Source: Octopus vulgaris (taxonomy: Eukaryota). From it: DNA of 64,000 nucleotides. The stretch spans positions 138,632,001-138,696,000 of the forward strand of contig OX597815.1 in assembly GCA_951406725.2 (NCBI GenBank), in the 5' to 3' direction. Position numbers and translations under genes: made by a program. Shown here piece after piece: positions 53,499 through 64,000 of this stretch. Under the pieces are notes generated by a model. It had not been told where the DNA came from, did not search any database, and worked only from the letters and a program-made list of their open reading frames with translations. Position 1 is the stretch's first letter. Every line of letters begins with the position of its first letter.

Positions 53499-54406
53499 TT
53501 CTCAAATTATGAGAACCAATTTTTCAAAAAAAAAAAAATTACCCCGAAGGTAATAACAATGTTTATACACAGAATTTTCTGCCCCGTAGGGCGAAAATTA
53601 CTGTCACACAACGGACAACTGTTCAATTCACGAGCAAACACAAACAACGACGAACAAAAAACGAACTCACTCAACAAAATAGGCAGATGAAAGAGGGGTC
53701 CCTAGACGAGTCAAAACACCGGTTTTCGATGAAAGGAGTCCCAATGCAAATACTTATATCGTTTTTCCAGTAACTTTTCGTCACTGATCTCGAAAAACTG
53801 TATGCAAGCAATAATAAATCTCTGAACGAGGTATAAACAGTAACTGCACGACAATGTGAGGTATACTTGCCATCTCAATATGGCTAACCACTAAGGGTGG
53901 GTGTTACTGTAGCCCCAGGAGAACATCGTCTCCAGCTGGCTTTAGGCACACTTATACCTCGTTCAGAGATTTATTAATCCTTCAGTTATATGTGCGTTTC
54001 TGAAACTAAAGGGAATAAATTGTTTCTGTCTTTTTCTTTCTATGCTTAGAAATATCTCACACATAGATATAATACCAGTCATCTCCTATTTTCAATAGTC
54101 ATAATGAATTTAAAGCAGTTACATTTGACTCAGTACACATCGTCCAGCATATCATTTGTCCTGCTTTAATTATCAGACGAATTTGTTAAGGATATACAGA
54201 ACAGTAGAAAACTAGAGGAATCCCAATCAGGCAAAAGTACGTATCTGGCTATACCACTCTGTCTAGAGAAAAACTGCTATTGATATATTGGGTGGGGTAT
54301 TATATACTACGTCAGGAGGAATACCACAGTATCTGACTTTTCGTTATGTATCTGAACTAAATAAGATACACAGATTTACATACAGAAAACACACACACAT
54401 ACACAC

Positions 54407-54455
<49 letters not shown>

Positions 54456-54630
54456 AGTACGTGTGTTTGAAACGGTTAAATGACGAAAGCGCTCACGCAG
54501 TAGGAAAAACTTCTTCCCCCAAAAGGTTAGTAACATCCTAATAAAAAAATTTCATAACATTGTTTAAAAAATATTTTTAAAGTTTCATCTTTACACTTGA
54601 AAGCTGTATTAAGTAATTAAACTTTCAAAC

Positions 54631-54687
<57 letters not shown>

Positions 54688-54737
54688 TATATAGAAGGAG
54701 CTTTACAGGACTAAACGTTTCATTCGAAATCTTCATA

Positions 54738-54813
<76 letters not shown>

Positions 54814-54817
<4 letters not shown>

Positions 54818-55292
54818 CAAAATGGGACAAGAACTCAAAACATCCGGACAACAAGGTGATACAAAAAGGGACAACAAAATATCCAGATAGACGATACAAA
54901 AAAAAAACAAGAACGGGTCATTTGAAGCTTTCTATACTCAGTCATGAACCAGATCATTCGGCTGATTAATTTTGAGATTGTTCCAATCTGGCCAGCCCCA
55001 AGGAAAAACTAACCTAAGAGCATTAGATTCCTTGGAAGAAAGCATCGAATGTAAACAAATACAAGAACGAAAAAACAGACAATGTTACACAAATATTAAT
55101 ACAATAAAAATAATAATAAAAACAGGACATAACAACAGTGGGAGTCTAATGGAATCTAATGCTCTTAGCTTAGTTTTTCCTTGGGGCTGGCCAGATTGGG
55201 GCAATCTCAGGATTAATCAGCCGAAATTGCGAGGACGATCTGGTTCTTGACTGAGGATAGAAAGCTAATAGAAAGCTTCCAATGACCCGTCC
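54814..55292. mobile_element. Inverted-repeat element in (TA)n, probably a PLE terminal-repeat pair
   Basis: Arms 54913-55031 and 55151-55290 are reverse complements with small indels. Confidence 0.65.
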
Positions 55293-55355
55293 TATATATA
55301 TATAGCGGTGTGGTACACTTTGTTCTCATATATATATATATATATTGAAAATACA

Positions 55356-55394
<39 letters not shown>

Positions 55395-55396
55395 AT

Positions 55397-55484
<88 letters not shown>

Positions 55485-57336
55485 CATTAAAAGTGAAATT
55501 GGATCTTGTTTGTTTGCTTGCAATGTTACCCAGCTAAACTGGCACATAAGGAGAAACTTTTATGAATTAAGTTTTCCCTGAAATGTGAATACGAACATAA
55601 TAAAACATATACGCGTAAATCAGACAACTGGTTTTTGAGACAGTAGGTATTTTCGGGATAAAATACCCAAAACGGTGCATAATAGGAAGATTCTCCGAAA
55701 ATAACTTAATCCTGAAAGGGAAGAAATTCTTACCTATCGATTATAAACAGTGACTTGACAATGAAAAAATATGATTTGTTTTTTACAGTAAACGTTTCTA
55801 TTTTCTCTTTTGTGAAACAATATTTTAATCATTTCAAAATATTTTTAAGTGAACGTAATTTAATATATGTAAGTTGTTTGTACAGCATTTATATTTTAAC
55901 TTTCTTTAATCAGACAATATTTTAATGTTTTTAAAAATTATTTTCAAGTGAGTACCAGTACAAATTTTTTTATGCATATTTAAAAAATATTTTAAAGGGC
56001 AAATGACTTTAAAATACGGTAAATATTTGTAAAAGACCCGTTCTTAACCTCAGTGTAAAATAATTGTTTTCATAGGTCTTTTCAAGTGCATTCAATGTAT
56101 CTCACCTCCAAAGATTTGGCTACTATTTCTAGCACGCCCTGCTAATTAATAATAGCTATTTGCTATGAAGGACCCAAAATACCTATTACATGGTAGCAGG
56201 GCTTGCAAGAAATAGTAGTCAAATCTTTCCTTTTCTGGGGAAAGGAGCCGTTTGCGCATGATCTCGATTTCACATTCATTGAAAGCATGCGAAGTAACCG
56301 GGAAAAGAAAAAACACAAAAGAATATATATGTATATATACTTCATATTATGCAATCAGGAAATATTATGTTTACCTCTTTATCTCTCTCTCTCTCTCTGT
56401 TTGTCTATTCATCTGGCTGTCTGCCAGTCTGTCTATCTGTCTGTGTAATTCTTTTTTGTTATGTCCATTTTCTCTTTCCTTTTAAGCATCTATTGTCTCA
56501 TGCAATAGGTTCCAACGACGAAGGTATTAAAATTGCAAATGGTTCAGATAAGTCTAAACACAACAGGTATCAATTTGTATACGTGAATCATATTAATATA
56601 ATATTGATCGTATAAAACAAACTTTCATCTGGTCTATCAGCAATTATATATGTTTATGTATATGTATTTATCTCTCACCAGATGTTTGTTGGTTTTTCTA
56701 TCACGGAACAGTACATTATATATATGTGTGTGTGTATTCTGTGTTCGCGCGTGCGCGTGTTTGTATTATTTCTACCTTTCTTTCTTTCTATCTATTTATT
56801 TATCTATCTACCTATCTGTCTGTCTATCTATCTTAGAGAAGCATAGGTTCACCATTTTCACAGAATGTGCTGGATAACTATTAAATTCACTCCTGTATCT
56901 CACTGGTAATTATTGCAGTGACCTAGAATTGTGTGAATTAAAGAGAATTTTAATATTTCTGATTTGACAAAAAATAAGCAAGCCCCCACTTCGCGCAAAC
57001 TACCCGGGCAAGGAAAACAATATCAATTGAAAGCTATCTTAGAAACAGTTGCTGCAAGAGTAACAAAAACAGAGATTATCAACAGATAAAGATTCATAAA
57101 AATACACTATACATTACAAATAGACCCAACAAGACGAAATAAAACATCACAAAATTGGGTCGAAAAATTGAAAGAAAGCAGCGACAGTAAAATATAACTT
57201 CATCTATGGATATTTCCGTTCCATCAACAAGTAAATATACATATGTCTGTAGGCAGCTGTCCTTCCTTCCAGATACATATACACAAGTACGCATGAATGT
57301 GTATACACATACATGAGTGTGCAGCTATGTGGTGAC

Positions 57337-57367
<31 letters not shown>

Positions 57368-57443
57368 TGTATGTATGTATGTATGTATGTATGTATGTAT
57401 GTATGTATGTATGTATGCATGCATGTATATATATATATATATA

Positions 57444-57932
57444 ACGGGAAGCTTTATGAAAATAGACAAAAGACGAAGGTAGGTTTACGGAAATAAACAA
57501 AAGATGAAGGCAGGTGGAATACAAACAAACAATTGTATTAGTATGGCGCTCAGGAAATATAAATAAAACAAGTCTTTAACGTTTCGAGCCTACGCTCTTC
57601 AACAGAAAGATACACAGAGAAAAAACACAGAAAGAAGGAGAGAAAAAATGCGTGCAGAGGCTAGCGAATCAACATGGCGATCTGATTTCGGCCAGAAGTC
57701 AAAGATCAAACGTGAGACGCAAGAGCGCAATTAGGGGAGATAATAAGGTTGATTGATCGCCATGATTGATTGCTAGCCACTAAGCCTTTTTTTATTTTCT
57801 GTGCTATTTTCCGTTGAAAAGCGTAGGCTCGAAACGTGAAAGACTTTCTCACTTCCCGAGCGTTAAACTAATGCATCTGTTTGTTGTTCACACGTCCGCC
57901 TTCGTCTTCAGTTTCTTTCTGTAGATTTCCAA

Positions 57933-57933
<1 letters not shown>
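57444..57933. mobile_element. Divergent inverted pair of PLE terminal repeats with HHR-like motifs (57573-57610 minus; 57806-57844 plus)
   Basis: ggctagcgaatcaacatggcgatc / gatcgccatgattgattgctagcc. Minus arm reads UCUUU-CUGUUGA-A-GAGCguagGCUC-GAAA-CG-UU-AAAGA. Microsatellite flanks. Confidence 0.7.
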
Positions 57934-58002
<69 letters not shown>

Positions 58003-58387
58003 GAGCTGTATAATCAATATATAGCTGATATATAGTGTGTGGGGCAACCGTGTCAGGCAGGTTCAAGGTTTTGGTTGTCGCCGTGTATCTCCTTCAATTA
58101 TTGGTTATATCTCATAATAGAAACTGCATACGTCATAGTTCGTATATGAAAGTAGCGTAGTTGCTGTTTTTTTTTTACACGAGAGGGGACTATTGCTTGA
58201 ATTTGAACTCACCCAGCATGAAAATTGTTTGCAATTTGTCATATTTGTTGCTGGATAAGACACATTTCTGGTATTCTTAAGGTTGATAAAATATGGATAT
58301 AACAATTAGTACTATGATTTTATCGGAATCAGAATGTAGTTGCTATTTTAAATGTATCTATTTTAAATAGATCTATTATATATATAT

Positions 58388-58569
58388 GGTGAGTTTTTCC
58401 TCCTTCTTTCCCTCATTGGATCTTTCCTTTTCCTATGTTTCTGACGAAGAGATCCGCACGAAACATTAAATCCTCCTTCTTTCTTTCCTTTCCTGAGCGT
58501 CCAATAGCACTATACTAGTTCCACGTCCTCGTGCTGTTGTGTTTTCTCTTTTTGCTTTCATGTTTGGAT

Positions 58570-58573
<4 letters not shown>
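58388..58573 (+). mobile_element. PLE terminal-repeat fragment with decayed HHR (58437-58471)
   Basis: GUUU-CUGACGA-A-GAGAuccGCAC-GAAA-CA-UU-AAAU. Downstream ttcctgagcg is shared with the GAGC-GUAG-GCUC family; (TA)n flanks. Confidence 0.55.
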
Positions 58574-58651
<78 letters not shown>

Positions 58652-61600
58652 ATTTCTTGTTCTTGCTTGTTTTCGTTTTAATATATGTATAACAAAAATA
58701 ATGCACATGTAAGTTATTCAAATATATATCTTAACGATGAAAAAAACTGAAGATGAATGAATGTTTCACACTAAAACTTCGAGAAAGGAATAGACCTTGT
58801 CGTTAATTCATGAATCTGGCACAAATACCAATTTATTTTTAAGTAAACAAACGATATATAAATTATTCAGAAATAATCATCAGATGCTGTACATAAAAAT
58901 ATGCCTTTATACTTCTTTTCTTAGTGTAATAAATTTGATGGCAAATGAAGATGATTATTGAATGAAAAGTTGTATTGACGAAATATCGTTTGAAGTTATT
59001 TGAAATATCAGATAGGTGCAGCAACACAGAAAACTGAATATGTTTTAAGAATAACATTCTGGTAGATTATGATATGGTCGATTAAATAGATTACGGCTAT
59101 TATCTTCTCAGCAAGAGGATTCAGTGTACATAAGTTTTAATATTAAAAGACGCTGCCTTGTGATATGCAATAAATCAAACTAATGCATATCAGTGAAGCA
59201 CCCCTGCCACTGAACGTGGTTTGTATTAAATATTATCAAGACTATACTATCAGACAAAGCGTGTGGTTATTACAAGCCTAATATTAAATCGAAATGTGTC
59301 TTATATATTTGATAACGTGTTTCCCTTTATTTATTCAATATCTTGTTCAGTGCCTCCATACGTTCCTATATGCCTCTGTTTTGCAGAATGATATTAAAAC
59401 AAGATTATAGTATAACATTCCTTGATTTGGGATTACATGTGACAGAATACTCATAGATGCTGAGTAATAGTTTTTCTCTTATTAATCCTTTATAAGAAGC
59501 TTACATTGCATGTCTTTCTATATGTTGATTGCTATATAATTCTTTTTTAAAACCCTACCGTAGGAAGAAATAATCAGTTAAGAATGTAAGTATCAAATTC
59601 ATCAGTATATGCTGATATTAATCTATAGCCAGAGGAATTTTGGTGAAACATATTTAATAGTTTAAATATTCTCAAACCTTGAAATATTTATATAGCAATT
59701 TAGTTTTCATTGTTTTATTTTTTCATTTAATACGTTAAGTAGTGCGGGACAAAATAGCTATTTTATCTCAAAGCAGTTGATATTTCACGTGCATGTAATT
59801 TGCCAACGGAATATGGCAAACTAGGCTATACAGCTGTTTCAGAAGGAATAGTTACTGAAAGGTTTTGTAAAAAGCAGAGAGCAATGAAACGAACGCCCGT
59901 TGGCTCTGTTTAGGAGGTTTACTCTTACAAAGAAATATTATCTATGTATCTAATGCTGCGGGAATCAAAAGTAGAGACGTTAATCATCAAGCAAATGCAT
60001 TTTAAGTGTAAGTTTTTGTCACTCTTCACTAAGTGTGAAGCAACCAGCAACAAAACAGTCCTTAAGCAACCACTTAGTATGTTGCGAACTATACACACAA
60101 AAACACACACATACATACACACACACACACACAAAGAAATAAAATCTAGTGCAATAGGAATGATCAACTTTAGATTTGAATGAATTAGCATCTTATTAAT
60201 CTCGGAAACAAGACGGAGAGAAATTAGTAAATAGCAGTTCTTCCTATCGAAGGGACAGCTATAGCGAAAGGATGACAATTTGCAGTAAATTGAGGCATTC
60301 AATTAGTAATCTTAAGCGGTTGTACAAACAGAACAGTGGGTATGACGTTATTTTTATAATAGCAAAAGGAATGTCTCACCCATAGGAGATTGAAGTTTGA
60401 CTGTCATTTACCCAACATTATAGTGAGAAGCTCACCTAAACCAACCGAGGCACCGGTACACGTGGACAATAGTATTTCACACAAGTTAAAAGTGGAACTT
60501 ATGGGAAAAAAACCGCTACAACACATTCAGACGAAAGATAATTACTGGATCGATATACAAAATCGCCTTCCTACATTTGCTTTACAGAGAATCAGGAATA
60601 CGATTAGATTTTCTGAAACGACGAATAAAACGACGTCTAGATTTGGTGGATTTGAAAGCAATAAATCACTGAGCCCCCACTAATTTGTCATAAAATGCAA
60701 GTTCAAGAGAACTAGCAATTTGCACTTGATCAAACGAATAGAACTCCTCGTACAAACAGGAATACAAAGAAGTTTCAGCGGCAAAGATTGCAATCTAAGA
60801 TATGATATCGTCTGGTTTATTATTAGTAAAACCTAAAACCGTGAACACCAGGTAATATGAACTAGATGAATGAATAATGGTTATTTAAAATAACATGTAA
60901 TTATGTTCATCCAGAAAACATATTCAACAATGCTAAGCATCTTTTCAGAAGTTTTACATAAACTTGTAGAGGAGACTACTATGGTAAAACCTGTGAAATG
61001 CTTTCAGTATGTTAAAGACAAGAATACTCTCCTAATCCCAACTGCCAGGGAAAATCTTTTCATTTATGACAGACAGAAGATCGGCAGTGGAGTGCGAGAT
61101 ACAGAAACCGTATAGTTTTTCGGGAAACAGAGCGAATAATACAAGTGGCGAGGCATTAGTACTTTGCTTATTATATAAAGATTGTGATTAGTTACACTAT
61201 CTAGAGTTTTGTGTTTTGAAAGTAGGCTAACATGGGTCTATTTCCAACAGGCTGGGAAGGATGAGTCAGCTAAGTATTTGACGAGTTTTAGAAATATCAG
61301 AAAAAATTCAGATCATTTGCAAAGCAATAGCAGTAATAATATAAGGACCAAGCAGTATAAGTGTTAAAGGACGCAGTTGCCTTCCCTACTGAATTTGATG
61401 TGGTTCGGTACCTCAGAAAGGGGCCCGTCATATTAAGAAGAAACCACACGACTAGAGGAATAATAGATAAATTATTAGTAAACAGCTGAGAAAGAAATTG
61501 TGCTCAGTGTTAAGAAATGAATACTTCATAACATCTGAAGGGATTTCCGAAAGTCCTGAGAGTATATATTCTGAGAAGTAATATAGAATTTGGTCCGCGC

Positions 61601-62700
61601 CACAGGCCGTGGCTTAGCGTCTGCGAGAGCATTTCTCCTGCACTTCCAATCCAGTAAAAATAGATGCTTATTTCCCAATATACTGATTTGACTATGAATA
61701 TGGCATAGTGGGTTTCTATGAGAAATAACAAAAGTAGAAGCAGTGGAAAACGGCAACAATGTGTTTTAATTAAATATCACCGATTATGAATGAAGGCAGC
61801 AATACCAGATTAACCCTCACAACATTACTTGGTGGTACAATCATTAGTGCTAAGAAGAAAGAATTTATCTTCCGTGTGCTTCAGGAATATATATCTCGAA
61901 ATGTGTCTCATTCACGTCATTGATACTGACAAGAGTCAGGATAGAATATATAGTATCATGACCAGAATTACTATGTGGAACATGAATAGACGGAGCAAAT
62001 GTTAAGACCAGACACATGGTATTAAGAAGGAAGTGGTCGTGGTTATGGTAATGTTAACTCTATGATAAGTAACTGAGACAGTGAAATAATAACATGGGGT
62101 CCAGCAGATTCTGGGATTTTAGAACTGAATAGATTAAAAGTAGGAACATAGCAATCACCAAAGACTAGTATATATTTAGTAGGATAATTTTGCCCCACAC
62201 ACTATCAATGAGAACGCAGCACTGAGAGAATGGGGATGGATAAAGAGATAAAAATGAGTAGTAGAATGAAAGAAATGTATGATTATTCAGACGTAGATAC
62301 AGAAGCAACTAAAAAAAGATTACGATTTTAGATACAAAGATTTTTCATATAATCGATTTATGGTGAAGAAGAAGACAATCATTGGCAAATACGTCCAAAC
62401 TAGAAATACTTAAGCTGAAGAGGTTGGTAGAGTTTTGAATTCTGAAATATTGAACGAAAAGACAATTGTATCGAAGACTTCGAATAGAGTTTCTAATAAC
62501 TGGATATTCCTCCTAGATGTGTCCCAGAAGTGTACTTTTATTGGCAAATTCCAATAAGGGTGTAATCTGAGCAAACCTAAATTTTAAGAACATTTTAAGG
62601 TTAATGCATTAAGAACTGAATCAACAGATATCAACAGAAGTGCCGATGCAAGATTTCATTTTATCTGTTAGGACAAACATCATGAGAATGACTAATTAAG

Positions 62701-64000
62701 CACTTCCGGGTGACATGGTCGGGTTCAGAGATGTACAGCGATAATCTGCCCAATTTTCAAGAAAGGGAGCCGCGAAGACCCGCTTAACTACCGACCGGTT
62801 TCCCTTACATCAATAATCAGCAAGATGTTCGAAGCCATCCTTAAGAAAAGTATGATGCTCCACCTCCAAAACACAGCCTCTATCTCTGATTCCCAACACG
62901 GCTTCGTGCCGAAGAGATCATGCTTGACCAACTTACTGGTAATGGAAGAATTGGTGACGCGTATCCTCGATGATAGTGATGTTGTTGACATCGTTTTATT
63001 GGACTTTGCCAAAGCTTTTGACTCGGTAAACCACCGCCTATTACTTGTCAAGCTTCAAGCATATAGTTTCCATCCGGATATTGTACGATGGGTTGGTGCC
63101 TTCCTCTCAGATCGCTCTTTCCAAGTCCAACTTAATGGTTCGCGGTCCGACGTCTCCAGTGCGAGCAGTGGCATGCCTCAAGGTTCAGTGCTTGGGCCCT
63201 TATTGTTCTTAGTCTTCATAAATGACTTGCCCGACGACCTCACGCAACACACCCTTCTATTTGCCGACGATGTCAAACTGGTCGCTCCTCGCGGTGATAT
63301 AGAGGATCTTCGTCGATGTCTCCACCAAATTTAGAAATGGTCTAACAAATGGGACCTGTGTCTGAACGTGTCAAAGTGTTGTCATCTGTCTGTTGGCTCT
63401 CCTCCTGCAACTCAACTTGATTTCGAGCCGGGTCGTCTGCTGCTGGAGAGGACCGATCAGGTAAATGACCTGGGTATCTTGGTGGATTCCTCCTTTTCGC
63501 CTTCGGCCCAGTGCGTCCATGCTGCCAACAAGGCATGCGAAATTCTGTTCTTGATTCGACGGTCATTCGGAATGCTCTGAGCAGCCATATTCCTACCGCT
63601 CTATGTCACGCTGGTGAGACCCATATTGGAGTACGGGATTCAAGCCTCTTCTCCTTATCTCCTCAAAGACATACAGCATCTCGAAAGAGTCCAGAAGCTG
63701 GCTACCCGCATGGTTCTTGGTCTCAAGAATTTGTCTTATGAAGAAAGGCTGAAGACGCTGGACCTTTATTCTCTAGAAAAACGACGACGCCGTGGAGATC
63801 TCATTCTTACTCACAACATCATAAGCGGAAAGTGTAACCTCTCGAAAGAGCTGTTCTTCACTCCTGCTTCAGAGCGTCGGCTGCGGAGTCATTCCGAAAA
63901 GCTCTATCTGCGACGATTTCATCTCAATCGAAGGAGAGGGGCATTCTCTGTTCGGGTTGCGGATCCGTGGACTAAGCTGCCAGAAGAGATGGTGAAGATG
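62701..64000 (+). pseudogene. CR1-clade LINE RT region, 5'-truncated, runs off the window
   Basis: PIFKKG..NYRPVSLTS..QHGF..RSCLTNL..DFAKAFDSV..PQGSVLGPLLF..INDL..FADDVK..DLGI..LVRPILEY..SYEERL..SLEKRRRRGDLI; in-frame stops at 63332 and 63578. Confidence 0.92.

Larger units (their letters stand above)
48752..53714 (-). mobile_element. Near-full-length Tx1/L1-clade non-LTR retrotransposon
   Basis: 5' UTR, ORF1 with CCHC knuckle, ORF2 APE-RT-Zn finger. Perfect 16-bp TSD aacaccggttttcgat at 48736-48751 and 53715-53730. AATAAA just before the 3' end, no poly(A). Confidence 0.93.
48522..53975 (-). mobile_element. Non-coding retrozyme-like element (~354-nt monomer, ~1.3 copies) interrupted by a Tx1-clade LINE; host parts 48522-48751 and 53715-53975
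   Basis: Direct repeat 48522-48627 / 53855-53953 (one 7-nt indel), 24-nt inversion 53813-53836 / 53952-53975, TSD aatcctt(a/c)agtt at 48511-48522 / 53976-53987, internal HHR. Confidence 0.8.

Noticed and set aside
48522-53953. LTR retrotransposon interpretation (TG-starting ~100-bp direct repeats around an RT)
   Set aside because: The internal region is an APE-type LINE with its own 16-bp TSD. There is no CA end, PBS, PPT, integrase or protease, and the repeats belong to the HHR element.
54685-54740. HHR relic (minus GAAA-CGUUUA-GUC) between TA tracts
   Set aside because: No CUGANGA core or stem II; too short to support.
56509-56566. Possible 58-nt plus-strand micro-exon (SNDEGIKIANGSDKSKHN)
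   Set aside because: Weak donor, no partner exons, no homology evidence.

Overview
AT-rich, repeat-dense eukaryotic genomic DNA with no host protein-coding gene I can support. The SINE and microsatellite repertoire resembles an Octopus genome (recalled, not searched). There is one 100-N scaffold gap at 37840-37939. Most ORFs in the supplied track are microsatellite artefacts. The real coding content is transposon-derived: a young tandem Penelope-like element (PLE, 32594-37577, minus strand), older PLE fragments, a near-full-length Tx1/L1-clade LINE (48752-53714, minus strand, 16-bp TSD), CR1, RTE and R4/Dong LINE relics, a Tc1/mariner fragment, two MITEs and many SINEs. Reading both strands shows about a dozen minimal type-I hammerhead-ribozyme (HHR) or HHR-like motifs from several families. 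Most sit in (TA)n-embedded, often inverted, PLE terminal fragments, and one family has a recurrent CUGUNGA core variant. The most striking structure is a ~354-nt non-coding, HHR-bearing, retrozyme-like element with PLE-type architecture (partial tandem repeat, 5' inversion, 12-bp TSD). The Tx1-clade LINE has inserted into it in the same orientation, 3 nt from the ribozyme, and has no poly(A) tail. This suggests a possible retrozyme-targeting LINE that uses the host ribozyme to process its 3' end. All folds were done by eye and no searches were run.
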